Part shown: positions 36,076 through 45,868 of the stretch, in pieces
How the letters are laid out: every line of letters starts with the position of its first letter
How positions within the stretch are numbered: the first letter of the stretch is position 1
Assembly (NCBI GenBank): GCA_017999345.1
Contig: JAGNLY010000001.1
Location: 88,744 to 152,743 of the forward strand
Direction: 5' to 3'
DNA from: Candidatus Woesebacteria bacterium
GTDB lineage: Bacteria > Patescibacteriota > Microgenomatia > UBA1400 > PJMF01
Length of the DNA: 64,000 nucleotides
The notes under the pieces: generated by a model
What the model was told of the DNA's origin: nothing
Database searches by the model: none
Seen by the model: the letters and a program-made list of their open reading frames with translations, nothing else
Made by a program: the position numbers and the translations under genes

Positions 36076-37023
36076 ATGAAAATTAATTTAATTACATCAA
36101 CTGCTAGACCTACTGAAAAACAGTTTGAAGAATTTAAAAAACTTGGTGACTTCAAAATTATTGATGCTCAAAAGTGGTCTGCATATGAAGTAATCGCAAA
36201 TGCAGCTGACACAGAAATTTTGGTTGCTGGAACTTCTGGTGTTCAAGAAATTTCAAGAGATCTTCTTTTTGGTCTTAAAAATTTAAAATATATTTCTACT
36301 CTAACAGTAGGGATGGATTGGGTGGATCTTAAGTCTGCTCAAGAATTAAATATTCCAATTAGCAACATCAAAGGTGCAAATAGCGAATCAGTTGCAGAAC
36401 ATACTTGGGGAATGATTTTAGATTTGTCTAAACGTATAACCGAATTTAATAGAGACGCTATTAGTAAAGGTGCTTATAAGTTTGGTGATTATAGAGGTAT
36501 CGAAGTCTATGGTAAAACAATCGGAATTATTGGTTTGGGAGATATAGGTAAAAAAGTGGCTCGCATCGCTCACGGTTTTGATATGAAAGTTTTGGGAACT
36601 AATAAAAGTGGTAATCAAGTGGAGGGAATCCAATTAGTAGATTTACCAACTTTACTTAAAAATAGTGATGTAATTGTTGTCTGTGTTCCTTACACTTCTG
36701 AAACCAATAATATAATTGATAAACATCAGGTCGATTTGATGAAAGAAGGTGTAATCATTATTAATCCAGCGCGTCCAGAAATGACAAATAAACAAGCAAT
36801 TTTAGAAGGTCTTGGCACAGGTAAGATTTATGGTTTTGGTATAGAAACAGAAATAATGCAACCAATTTCTAAAGATGATCCTTATCTTACTCATCCACGA
36901 ATTATTGCCACACCTCACAACGCTTTTAATACAATTGATGCTGAGATAAAATCTTTTGACACTGTTGTTGATAATATTAAAGCATTTTTAGGCGGTAATC
37001 CTCAAAATATAGTAAGATTATGA
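36076..37023 (+). CDS. D-isomer-specific 2-hydroxyacid dehydrogenase family protein
   Basis: GKTIGIIGLGDIGKKVA is a Rossmann GxGxxG motif. The protein carries the conserved catalytic region of the family. Confidence 0.85.
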   Translation: MKINLITSTARPTEKQFEEFKKLGDFKIIDAQKWSAYEVIANAADTEILVAGTSGVQEISRDLLFGLKNLKYISTLTVGMDWVDLKSAQELNIPISNIKGANSESVAEHTWGMILDLSKRITEFNRDAISKGAYKFGDYRGIEVYGKTIGIIGLGDIGKKVARIAHGFDMKVLGTNKSGNQVEGIQLVDLPTLLKNSDVIVVCVPYTSETNNIIDKHQVDLMKEGVIIINPARPEMTNKQAILEGLGTGKIYGFGIETEIMQPISKDDPYLTHPRIIATPHNAFNTIDAEIKSFDTVVDNIKAFLGGNPQNIVRL

Positions 37024-37077
37024 TTTTCTTTGATTAATTATAAAAATAATCTAACGTACTTTTGGTATAATAAATTT

Positions 37078-37470
37078 ATGCACAAAGACATAAAATCATA
37101 CAACGCTTCTCAACAAGCATCAGACAGAGTAATCTGTGAAATTTTAATGAAGATTATTGATAAGAATCTTCATTTTACTGAAAGCAAAATTTGGCACGCA
37201 CATCCAGTTTGGTTCATAGATGGCAATCCAATTGTTGGTTACAGCAAACTTAAGGCGTGTGTCAAATTAATGTTTTGGAGCGGAGCTGATTTTGATGAGA
37301 AAGATCTAGACCTAGGTACTGGAAAATTTAAAGATGCTTCATCATCTTATACAGATAAAGATCAAATAAATGAAGCAAGCATTATAAGATGGCTTGATAA
37401 GTCAGAGAAAATACAGTGGGATTATAAAAATATTGTTAAGCGTAAAGGTGAGCTGAGACGATTAATTTAA
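37078..37470 (+). CDS. DUF1801 (YdhG-like) domain protein
   Basis: HPVWFIDGNPIVGYSKLKACVKLMFWSG matches the DUF1801 pattern. The start was set at the internal Met; the ORF track begins at 37030. Confidence 0.6.
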   Translation: MHKDIKSYNASQQASDRVICEILMKIIDKNLHFTESKIWHAHPVWFIDGNPIVGYSKLKACVKLMFWSGADFDEKDLDLGTGKFKDASSSYTDKDQINEASIIRWLDKSEKIQWDYKNIVKRKGELRRLI

Positions 37471-37544
37471 AAGTTTAGAATCAACTTTTTGTACCAAATA
37501 AAACTTACCACTCAACTGCAAATTAATTGCAAACATTTCGGCGA

Positions 37545-38522
37545 CTACTTTAATTTTTCCCATTCATTAATATCCACCCGACCAAAATGTCCATTCTTAG
37601 CTAGGTCCAAATAAATTGGTCTTCTTAATCCAAATTGCTCAATGATTGCTGCCGGTCGACAGTCATAATCAAAACTTGTTTGAACACCATCAATGAGTGC
37701 TATTTTTATAAGTGGTTCAGCTTTGCCGATTACATAGCCAATTTTTACTAGAACTTCTTGAGCACCTGATTTTTTAAGTAGCTGCATGGCCACCCATCTA
37801 GCCATGTACGCGGCGCTTCGATCAACTTTAGTAGCATCTTTGCCAGAAAAAGCACCACCACCCACTGGGACTCTTGGACCATAAGCATCAACTACAATCT
37901 TTCGTCCGGTGCAGCCACTATCTGCAGTAAAGCCCCCAACTTCAAAGGCGCCGGTATAATTGGCAAATATTTTTTCTTGATCAATTTTAAGTCCGCACTT
38001 CGCTACATGATTTTTAAGTTGAGCTTGTGATTGTCCTTGAACAGACAAAACAACTGATGCTAACTTTCCATTTTCCAATGTGACCTGAGATTTGCCATCG
38101 ACATCAAATCCTTGTAATAATTTTCTAGCTAAAAACATTTCTTGAGGCATGTAAGCCTTATTTTCATTACAAGCATATCCAACCATAATTCCCTGATCAC
38201 CAGCCCCGCCAATATCAACACCTTGAGCTATTTCTGGTGATTGAGCAACTATATGAGATACAACATTAATATCTTGGCCAGTAATTTTTTTGTAGTATTC
38301 TTTGGTCACAGCCATATGATCAACTTTTCCTTTTGAGGTAACTTCGCCAAAATGAGCAAGATATCCATGACCGCCGGCTGTTTCAATTGCCACTCTAGAA
38401 TATGGATCCTGCTTTAAATATTTATCTAACAATAAATCTGAAATTTGGTCGCAAATTTTATCTACGTGTAGATAGGTAACAGACTCAGCAATTAATTGGG
38501 AATTTTTCATATTACCTTTCAT
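37545..38522 (-). CDS. metK: Methionine adenosyltransferase (S-adenosylmethionine synthetase)
   Basis: AESVTYLHVDKICDQISD (compare SESVSEGHPDKICDQISD), GAGDQGIMVGYA and GGGAFSGKDATKVDRSAAY. The protein is shorter than the E. coli enzyme. Confidence 0.9.
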   Translation of the reverse strand: MKGNMKNSQLIAESVTYLHVDKICDQISDLLLDKYLKQDPYSRVAIETAGGHGYLAHFGEVTSKGKVDHMAVTKEYYKKITGQDINVVSHIVAQSPEIAQGVDIGGAGDQGIMVGYACNENKAYMPQEMFLARKLLQGFDVDGKSQVTLENGKLASVVLSVQGQSQAQLKNHVAKCGLKIDQEKIFANYTGAFEVGGFTADSGCTGRKIVVDAYGPRVPVGGGAFSGKDATKVDRSAAYMARWVAMQLLKKSGAQEVLVKIGYVIGKAEPLIKIALIDGVQTSFDYDCRPAAIIEQFGLRRPIYLDLAKNGHFGRVDINEWEKLK

Positions 38523-38625
38523 CTATTTTGGTTGAAGCACCTTTTTGTATATAAATACTGAGGTTGCTGGTGGGTCATAGAGCCAAATCTCTCGCCACAC
38601 TCTTTATAAAAGAATAGAAATTATT
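38523..38625 (-). promoter_or_regulatory. SAM-I (S-box) riboswitch in the metK leader
   Basis: The minus-strand RNA reads UCUAUUC UUUUAUAAAGAGUGUGGCGAGAGAUUUGGCUCUAUGACCCACCAGCAACC ... AAAAAGGUGCUUCAACC AAAAUAGA UG. This matches the S-box consensus (UUAUCAAGAG.GG.GGAGGGA..GGCCC.AUGAA.CC.GCAACC ... GGUGCUAA.UCC) with P1 formed by UCUAUU/AAUAGA. The P1 3' strand abuts the start codon. Confidence 0.65.
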
Positions 38626-39033
38626 GTAGCATTTTTATTGAGAGGAAATAGTATTAATTTTTTGTTTTTACCACTACGTTTTTCTTTGTTAGATCTGCTT
38701 ATTTTTTTGTTGTCACTCAAAATTTATCCTATATATTACTACTATACAATATATTTAATTTCAGGTATTATGAAACTAACTAAAATTTCACAAGTTAGTC
38801 ACTTATTAAGGTAAATAATTACATCCGATACACAAAAAATTGAAACTCAAATTGCTGAAAAACAGATAAAAGACGATATTATTGTTGAGAATTTAATCCA
38901 AAAATCAAATAGAATTCTTGTTAGTATTTCATCACACGCATTTCCCGTAGATTTCTTTCCTAATACCTTAGTAATAGAAGAGGAAAGAGTTACTATCGTA
39001 ATCAGGGAATTTTTATCATCTCAAGTTCATAGT

Positions 39034-39288
39034 GTGGATATTAAAAATATTTCTAATGTGCTTATAAATACCACATTATTTTTTTCACAGCTGGTTTTTA
39101 TTTCAAAAACTTTTGAAGAAAATCAAATTAAAATTAGAAACTTAAGAACAAACGAAGCGGTTTATGCAAGAAGAATAATTGAGGGTTTAAGAACTTTTAA
39201 TACAAAACAAATAAATACTTCAACATATTCAAAAGAAGAATTAATTTTAAAACTCGAAGAACTAAGTACGACCGAAATTATATTATAA
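39034..39288 (+). CDS. Hypothetical protein of 84 aa
   Basis: ORF only. Confidence 0.4.
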   Translation: MDIKNISNVLINTTLFFSQLVFISKTFEENQIKIRNLRTNEAVYARRIIEGLRTFNTKQINTSTYSKEELILKLEELSTTEIIL

Positions 39289-39312
39289 AATTATAAATTA
39301 GAAAGAAAAATT

Positions 39313-39720
39313 ATGTCAGAAGTCACAAGAGAAACAATAACAACAAAGGAACTTAATAATAGGCCAGTTGCACAAAGTTCGATAAAAAGTACAACTAAAA
39401 CTAACGTATCAAAGTCTCAACAGATTGAACAAATATTATATTTTGCATTTGGTGCATTGGAAGTACTTTTAACTTTTAGATTTATTCTGAAGTTGACTGG
39501 CGCAAGTCAAATAAGTTCATTTGTTCAGTTTATTTATAATTTGAGCAGGATATTCATCTTGCCTTTTGAAGGAATTTTCCGCAGAGCAGTGGCAGAAGGT
39601 ATTGAAACAAATTCAATTATTGAGCCATCAACATTGGTCGCACTCATCGTTTACCCAATTTTTGTTTGGGGTATTGTTTCATTGGTAAGAATGTTTTCAG
39701 GAGAATCACAAACAGAATAA
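39313..39720 (+). CDS. YggT family membrane protein
   Basis: FAFGALEVLLTFRFILKLTG...RIFILPFEGIFR matches the YggT repeat pattern. Confidence 0.6.
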   Translation: MSEVTRETITTKELNNRPVAQSSIKSTTKTNVSKSQQIEQILYFAFGALEVLLTFRFILKLTGASQISSFVQFIYNLSRIFILPFEGIFRRAVAEGIETNSIIEPSTLVALIVYPIFVWGIVSLVRMFSGESQTE

Positions 39721-39759
39721 ATTAACACAGTAAAAAATTAATTAAAGAAAGAAAATAAT

Positions 39760-40002
39760 ATGAACATATTACTTTGGATTTTATTAGGAGCTATAGCAGG
39801 ATGGTTAGCAGGTATTTTCATGAAGAGCGATCATGGCACGATTGAAGATATAATTTTGGGAATAATTGGCTCATTCGTTGGTGGATTTATTATGAACTTT
39901 ATTGGTCAACCAGGAGTTACTGGCTTCAATCTTTATAGTGTCATTGTTTCATCAATTGGAGCAGCAGTTGTAATTTTTTTGGGAAGAGTTTTGCGTAGAT
40001 AG
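39760..40002 (+). CDS. GlsB/YeaQ/YmgE family stress response membrane protein
   Basis: MNILLWILLGAIAGWLAGIFMKSDHGTIEDIILGIIGSFVGGFI is characteristic of the family. Confidence 0.8.
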   Translation: MNILLWILLGAIAGWLAGIFMKSDHGTIEDIILGIIGSFVGGFIMNFIGQPGVTGFNLYSVIVSSIGAAVVIFLGRVLRR

Positions 40003-40021
40003 ATAAATTTTGGAGATCATT

Positions 40022-40366
40022 ATGCTTTCATTAATTTTTCTATTAATTGTAGGGGCGGGTATTACATTTTTATCGATGCAAAATACCGCCGTAGTCTCTC
40101 TTAATTTTTTAGACTACACTTTTCCAAATTTGCCAATTTACTACGTTATAATCGGATCGATATTAGTGGGTGTTTCACTGGCATATTCTATTAGCTTTAT
40201 AAATTCGATTTCTACCTACATGCTAATTCGTAAGCAACATAAAAAAATTGGGATAGAGAGAAAAGAAGTGGCTGAGCTAACTAAAAGAGTGCATCAGCTT
40301 GAATTAGAAAATGTTGGTTTGAAAACTGAAAATGATCCTTCAAGTTTTGATCAAAAATCTTTATGA
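40022..40366 (+). CDS. LapA-like (DUF1049) inner membrane protein
   Basis: Two N-terminal transmembrane helices and a C-terminal coiled-coil. A GGAGA ribosome-binding site lies upstream of ATG 40022; the ORF track begins at TTG 40010. Confidence 0.6.
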   Translation: MLSLIFLLIVGAGITFLSMQNTAVVSLNFLDYTFPNLPIYYVIIGSILVGVSLAYSISFINSISTYMLIRKQHKKIGIERKEVAELTKRVHQLELENVGLKTENDPSSFDQKSL

Positions 40367-40818
40367 AGCTAATTTTGTCTAAGTTGTGGAAATTATTTCA
40401 TTTGCCAAAAAACATTCAATTGTTTGTGATGCGCTTGCTTCAGGATCAGTTTTTGGTCGGAGTTACAGGAATTATTTTTAATGATAAAAAAGAGATTCTT
40501 TTATTTAAACATGTTTATCGTGCACACTCATGGAGTTTGCCCGGTGGTTATATGAAGGCAGGCGAGCACCCAAGAGAAGGCATAGAACGAGAAATTTTTG
40601 AAGAATCTGGATTAGTGGTAAGTGCTGATGAAATGCTCAAAACTAGAACCGATCGCAGTTCTGCGCGACTCGATCTTTGCTATATTGGAGCTTTTATTGG
40701 TGGAGATTTTAAACCAACTCATGAGGTATCAGAGTATGGTTTTTTTAATCAAGATTCACTTCCACTTTTGAGAAAAAATCAATTATTTTTGATTGATCAG
40801 GCACTAAAACAAATATAA
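40363..40818 (+). CDS. NUDIX hydrolase
   Basis: Nudix box GGYMKAGEHPREGIEREIFEESGL. The start ATGA overlaps the upstream stop. Confidence 0.85.
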   Translation: MKLILSKLWKLFHLPKNIQLFVMRLLQDQFLVGVTGIIFNDKKEILLFKHVYRAHSWSLPGGYMKAGEHPREGIEREIFEESGLVVSADEMLKTRTDRSSARLDLCYIGAFIGGDFKPTHEVSEYGFFNQDSLPLLRKNQLFLIDQALKQI

Positions 40819-40845
40819 ATTTATGATTTTGTTATAATATAAATC

Positions 40846-41196
40846 ATGGAAAAACATAAAGTTTACACAATGAGTTTTGCACGGGTTTATCCACTTTACT
40901 TCACTAAAGTTGAGAAAAAAGGGCGCAAAAAATCAGAGGTAGATGAAATTATTTGTTGGTTGACCGGATACTCTCAAAAAGAGCTGGAATTACATATTAA
41001 AAATCTGACAGATTTTGAAAATTTTTTTGCACAAGCTCCAAACCTAAATCCATCAAGATCTCTAATTAAAGGCGTAATTTGTGGCGTTCGAATAGAAGAT
41101 ATTCAAGAACCAACCATGCGAGAAATTCGCTATTTAGATAAATTAATAGATGAGTTGGCTCATGGAAAAACCATGGAGAAGATTTTAAGGAAATAA
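40846..41196 (+). CDS. DUF2200 domain protein
   Basis: [42 protein letters not shown] matches DUF2200. Confidence 0.65.
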   Translation: MEKHKVYTMSFARVYPLYFTKVEKKGRKKSEVDEIICWLTGYSQKELELHIKNLTDFENFFAQAPNLNPSRSLIKGVICGVRIEDIQEPTMREIRYLDKLIDELAHGKTMEKILRK

Positions 41197-41236
41197 TTGA
41201 GGGAGATGAGTTAATATTATTTGCTATACTTAGTTT

Positions 41237-41905
41237 ATGTTTGAATCAGAAGCAACAGTATCAGAAGTCGTTTCACCAAAAACTGAAGGACTAGTTCCTG
41301 ATGTATCCCCAGAGACCATGGAAAAGGCAACAACCTTATCAAGAATGGTTGAGGAAGCATTACAAAAGAATGATATAGCGGCATTAGGAGTTTTGGCTGA
41401 AAGCGTTAAGGGTGACCCTCAATTACTTGCAGCAATTGAGAAGCGTCGTCTTGAAATCCTAGATGCAGAGGGCCAACAAAAACAAGCAGAACAAAATGAT
41501 GAAAATGAAAAACTAGAACTTGGAAAAATAAAACAAGCTTTTGAAGAACTTCATAGTAAGTTTATCCGCATTGCTAGTCTATCGGCTGAAGCAATTGGTG
41601 GTAATGCTCAGATGGAAAGTCTTTTTTGGAATGATGATGAAAGATCGGCTGCTATTCAAAAAGTTGAAGCATTGAGCTCAGCAGTTGAAGGCGCTAGTAA
41701 AGTTGATGATGTTCAAGCTGCTTTAGATGTTTTTTCAAAATGGCATGATGATTTTCAAGAGGCAACAAAGATCCGAACCATTCGCAAGCGTGGATATTTT
41801 GACGGAGAACTGCCACAGAGATTAGTTGTTCAAATGAAAAAATTTGATGCCTTAAAAGATGACATTGATGCTATGAAGCGTTATATACTTTCAGCAAAAA
41901 ATTAG
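41237..41905 (+). CDS. Hypothetical protein of 222 aa, acidic and helical
   Basis: ORF only. Confidence 0.5.
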   Translation: MFESEATVSEVVSPKTEGLVPDVSPETMEKATTLSRMVEEALQKNDIAALGVLAESVKGDPQLLAAIEKRRLEILDAEGQQKQAEQNDENEKLELGKIKQAFEELHSKFIRIASLSAEAIGGNAQMESLFWNDDERSAAIQKVEALSSAVEGASKVDDVQAALDVFSKWHDDFQEATKIRTIRKRGYFDGELPQRLVVQMKKFDALKDDIDAMKRYILSAKN

Positions 41906-41926
41906 TTAGTTGTTATAATTAAAAAT

Positions 41927-42388
41927 ATGATCATTGATATCGAAAAAACAATCAGAGAGTATTTGCCAAACGTGATGCATTTGTCATTGGCTACCGTTAG
42001 AGATAATAAGCCATGGGTTTGTGAAGTTCATTATGTATTCGATAATGAACTAAATTTATATTTTCGTTCAAAAACTGCAAGAAGACATAGCCAAGAAATT
42101 GCAGATAATCACTTTGTTGCTGGCAATATTGTTAAACAACATATTCTTCCAGAAAAACCAAGAGGTGTGTATTTTGAAGGTGTCGTCCAGTTGCTTGAAA
42201 ATGTTACTAAATTAGATGATGCTTATAAATTATATTGCGATCGGTTCGGCACCGGTCCAGATATTTTGGAAGAAGCTAAATTGGACGATGGCCATAAATT
42301 TTATAAAATCACTGTGAATAATTATTGTTTGTTTGATAGTTTGGAATCTTCTCCAAGCCAAAAATATGAATTAATTTGGAAGAAATAA
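41927..42388 (+). CDS. Pyridoxamine 5'-phosphate oxidase family protein
   Basis: HLSLATVRDNKPWVCEVHYVFD...LYFRS is the PNPOx-like split-barrel pattern. Confidence 0.7.
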   Translation: MIIDIEKTIREYLPNVMHLSLATVRDNKPWVCEVHYVFDNELNLYFRSKTARRHSQEIADNHFVAGNIVKQHILPEKPRGVYFEGVVQLLENVTKLDDAYKLYCDRFGTGPDILEEAKLDDGHKFYKITVNNYCLFDSLESSPSQKYELIWKK

Positions 42389-42414
42389 CAAATAAAATGT
42401 TGAAAGGTAAATAG

Positions 42415-42864
42415 ATGCAAAAAATTGTACCCAATCTTTGGTTTTCTAGGAATGCAAGTGAGGCAGTGGATTTTTATGTTTCAGTATTTCCTGATGCTAA
42501 AATTATTAGCACAGTTTACTATCCAAAAGATGGCTTAGAAGATTTTCAAAAAGAATTTGCTGGTAAAGTGCTTACGATTGATTTTGAATTAAATGGTCAA
42601 CGATTTACTGCAATTAATGCCGGCGATGAATTTAAGTTTACGGAAGCAATCTCACTTGCGGTTTTTTGCAAAGACCAAAAAGAAATAGATTATTTTTGGA
42701 GCAAACTTTCGGCTGTTCCTAGCTCAGAGCAATGTGGTTGGTGCAAGGATAAATACGGTTTGAGTTGGCAAATAGTTCCAGAAAACATTGAGGAATTAAT
42801 GAAAAAACCTGGCGCATTTGTAATAATGATGCAGCAGAAGAAAATCGTAATAAGTGAGTATTAA
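42415..42864 (+). CDS. VOC family protein (PhnB-like / 3-demethylubiquinone-9 methyltransferase-domain type)
   Basis: IVPNLWFSRNASEAVDFYVSVFPDAKII...LTIDFELNGQRFTAIN matches the PhnB-like family. Confidence 0.7.
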   Translation: MQKIVPNLWFSRNASEAVDFYVSVFPDAKIISTVYYPKDGLEDFQKEFAGKVLTIDFELNGQRFTAINAGDEFKFTEAISLAVFCKDQKEIDYFWSKLSAVPSSEQCGWCKDKYGLSWQIVPENIEELMKKPGAFVIMMQQKKIVISEY

Positions 42865-44837
42865 ACGATTCCTAGCTTCTTAGCCGCAGTGAGCGCTAGA
42901 ATTGCATCAAATAACTCTATTGATTCAGACCATGTTGAGGTTGGAATTCTCATTTCTCCGCTAATAATTAAACCTTGACCACCTGGAGAAGTCTTTTGAA
43001 CATTTTTTTTGCCACTTTGGTTGTCAAAAGGTGATAACCAACCAACATCTAGTAGGTCAACTAGCCTGCCATCTTTTTCGTAAGTTCCTGCTCCTGAGTG
43101 AGGGTGTAATCCAGATACTAGGACATCATGACCACCGTCATTGAATCTGGTGTCATAAGCTGTTAGACCAGTAAGTGCTTTTGAGTATGAACCATGACCT
43201 TTAATACCATCTAAAGCCATAATGCTGTGCCTTAGATTACTGAGAGTATGATCTTTGTCGCCATGGAAAATTTCAATTGAACTACCTCCAACAATTAAAG
43301 GCACGCCCGTGTTTTGACTCACATAAGAACCTGGTGGAACATATTCTAAGCCTTCAATCTCATTTCTCCAGTTTTCAGTTCTCAGCGCAGAATCTAGCAA
43401 CAGTGCAACCACGCGCTTGATACCTATTGTTTGAATAATACTGATTAAATCATCTAAAGTATCAATTCTAGTGTCTTTTTTGGCCACATCTTTATCAACA
43501 ACGTTGCCCATAAAAGCTAACAAAATATGGGGATTTTTTAAGATTACATCCTTAATCATTGCATCAAGGGCTTTTTTGCCTTCATAACTAGCCCCCATGC
43601 GAACGTTAGCTATCGGAAGAAATAAACTTGGCCAATCAGTTTTAACTTTGAATGAAGCTTTGTCATAAAGAGGTTGAAGATCTTTTTCATCCCAAATTTT
43701 TGCTTCACTTGGTTCACTTTCAGTTTCAATATCTCCATTCTTTTTTTCTGCCAACTCTAATTGTTCTTCTTTAGTTAGCAAATCTTCTGAGTCAGTCGAT
43801 AGGGTTGATTTTTTTCTACGAAAATAAACCTCTGGAACAAAGCTCTTGGCAAAATCTGCAGCCTCTATTGCTGCCAAATTTTCATTTTCCCAAAAATCCA
43901 TAGCTGCTTCGATCATTTTTCCTTGTGGCAAATTTATAGCTCGGTATCTATGTCCACCTTTTGAAAGAATTAACATTTGACCTGGTTGTCCGGGAGTTTC
44001 ACCAAAACCAGCTTTTGACGCAAATGGATCAGCTGGAAGATGAGGGCTATTCCCTTTAAATGCACCAGATTGTATCAAGATTGCTTGAGTAGGAGCATCT
44101 GGATAATTTTCAGCTCCAACCGCAGCTTGATGAGTATGTCCACTAGCCACAGCATTAGGTTTTTTTTCTTTTTTCTTGGTTTTCCAGCGCTCTCTTTGTG
44201 AATGTAGATAATCAACCTTGCTTTTTCCTTGAAAATAATGAGCTACATCTATTTTCGTACTAATAGTTTCGCCATTTTCACCTTCATAATTAAGATTTAC
44301 CGAACTTCCATTCATTAGCACTCTAATTCCATACGGTCCATACATTCTTTCCCAAGGGTTATCTCCAGAAGAATCTTGAGACCAGCCAGTATGACCAAAA
44401 AAGTGTCCTACTGCTCCAATAACTCTGTGACCAATTCTATCTAAAACTAATTGTTGAAAATCTTCAATGTCTTCATCTATGCCACCGGTTCTATGACCTT
44501 CAATGGTTCTATATTCAGGTTTAGACCCTTCAATTTCATCACCTAATAAAACTACATAGGCATTAGGATGCGCTTCAATAAAGTCAACAATTGCAGTTAT
44601 TTTTTCTTCATCCACAGTATCTGAACCCACATGAAGATCGTTTAGAAATAAAATTATATGCGGGCCTTTTCCTTTTAAGATAATATCTAATGTTTTTTCT
44701 GCTTCAGCCAATTTTACAACTTCAGCTCTTTTTCTTCTCGCTTCTCTTCTAAGGCGGCCAATTTCTTTTTTATTTTTTTCTGGAGTTTCTATGGTAAACC
44801 CTGTTTCTTTTGGACCAGATTCTACTTTTGCAAACAT
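42861..44837 (-). CDS. Metallophosphoesterase family protein with two calcineurin-like phosphoesterase domains
   Basis: Motifs LNDLHVG, VVLLGDEIEG and ASGHTHQ are in the N-terminal half. A second set (AFMGNVVDKD, GLHPHSG) lies in the C-terminal half. Confidence 0.7.
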   Translation of the reverse strand: MFAKVESGPKETGFTIETPEKNKKEIGRLRREARRKRAEVVKLAEAEKTLDIILKGKGPHIILFLNDLHVGSDTVDEEKITAIVDFIEAHPNAYVVLLGDEIEGSKPEYRTIEGHRTGGIDEDIEDFQQLVLDRIGHRVIGAVGHFFGHTGWSQDSSGDNPWERMYGPYGIRVLMNGSSVNLNYEGENGETISTKIDVAHYFQGKSKVDYLHSQRERWKTKKKEKKPNAVASGHTHQAAVGAENYPDAPTQAILIQSGAFKGNSPHLPADPFASKAGFGETPGQPGQMLILSKGGHRYRAINLPQGKMIEAAMDFWENENLAAIEAADFAKSFVPEVYFRRKKSTLSTDSEDLLTKEEQLELAEKKNGDIETESEPSEAKIWDEKDLQPLYDKASFKVKTDWPSLFLPIANVRMGASYEGKKALDAMIKDVILKNPHILLAFMGNVVDKDVAKKDTRIDTLDDLISIIQTIGIKRVVALLLDSALRTENWRNEIEGLEYVPPGSYVSQNTGVPLIVGGSSIEIFHGDKDHTLSNLRHSIMALDGIKGHGSYSKALTGLTAYDTRFNDGGHDVLVSGLHPHSGAGTYEKDGRLVDLLDVGWLSPFDNQSGKKNVQKTSPGGQGLIISGEMRIPTSTWSESIELFDAILALTAAKKLGIV

Positions 44838-44865
44838 TTTTATCTTTCTTTTTTAAGCTTTTTAT

Positions 44866-44893
44866 TAAAAAAAAACGAGACATTGTCTCGTTT
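44866..44893. promoter_or_regulatory. Perfect 8-bp inverted repeat ACGAGACA-tt-TGTCTCGT in the divergent promoter region between 42861(-) and 45083(+). It may be an operator.
   Basis: aaaaaaaaacgagacattgtctcgttttaaat lies about 30 nt upstream of the minus-strand start codon. Confidence 0.35.
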
Positions 44894-45082
44894 TAAATAT
44901 TTCATTTTTATAAATTTTACGTTTTTTGTATTTTGCGGCCATTGATGTTTTTAATTATTTTACTTTATAGATTGTTTTGTTCTTACAAACCTACCAAAAC
45001 GTACTATGGCTTGTCAATGGTCTAAAAGCTAATTACACATCGAGTAAGTACTAATATTTTTTATTTTTGTTATAATAAAAAT

Positions 45083-45634
45083 ATGCAATTAAATACAAAA
45101 CAAAAAATTGAATTGATTGGAACATTAAAACTACGATTTGAAAAAAACATAACTCGTCACAAAAATTTAGTTTGGGAAGATATCGCAAAAAAACTTGAAG
45201 CAAGCCCACACAAACTTTGGACTCTCAATGGGATGGAAAAAACCGGTGGCGAGCCCGACGTCGTTGGTTTTGACAAAAAAACTGGTGAATATATTTTTTA
45301 TGATTGCTCTGCTGAGAGCCCAAAAGGTAGAAGAAGTCTGTGTTATGACCACCGGGCTTTGGAATCTCGCAAAGCAAATAAGCCAAAGAATAGTGCAATT
45401 GGTTTGGCAAAAGAAATGGGAATTAAAATTCTGACCGAAACTGAATATCGAATGCTTCAAGAATTTGGAAAGTTTGACACCAAAACCTCTAGCTGGGTGG
45501 AAACTCCATCTGAAATTAGAAAGCTTGGTGGTGCGATTTTTGCCGATCGTCGCTATGAGACAGTCTTCATTTATCACAATGGCGCAGAATCTTATTACGC
45601 TGTTAGGGGTTTTCGTGGGTCGGTGAGGGTGTAA
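45083..45634 (+). CDS. DUF4256 domain protein
   Basis: MQLNTKQKIELIGTLKLRFEKN...WTLNGMEKTGGEPDVVG matches DUF4256. Confidence 0.7.
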   Translation: MQLNTKQKIELIGTLKLRFEKNITRHKNLVWEDIAKKLEASPHKLWTLNGMEKTGGEPDVVGFDKKTGEYIFYDCSAESPKGRRSLCYDHRALESRKANKPKNSAIGLAKEMGIKILTETEYRMLQEFGKFDTKTSSWVETPSEIRKLGGAIFADRRYETVFIYHNGAESYYAVRGFRGSVRV

Positions 45635-45868
45635 GGCTTCTTATTTTTCCTGTCATTATTGACTTTAAACTGTTTATATGATAATATTATAGGGTATTTA
45701 TCTGTTTATTTTGTTAAGCACAATCTTTTACTGGTAAATACAGTTCTTTAACATTCAACGACTAAAAAAATCTACTAGGTTATTAGAAAATGACGCTTTT
45801 TACATGCGTTTTTTAATAACCTAGTAGAACTGTTCTGCTAGGAAACCAAAATTAAGGAGAATTTTTCG

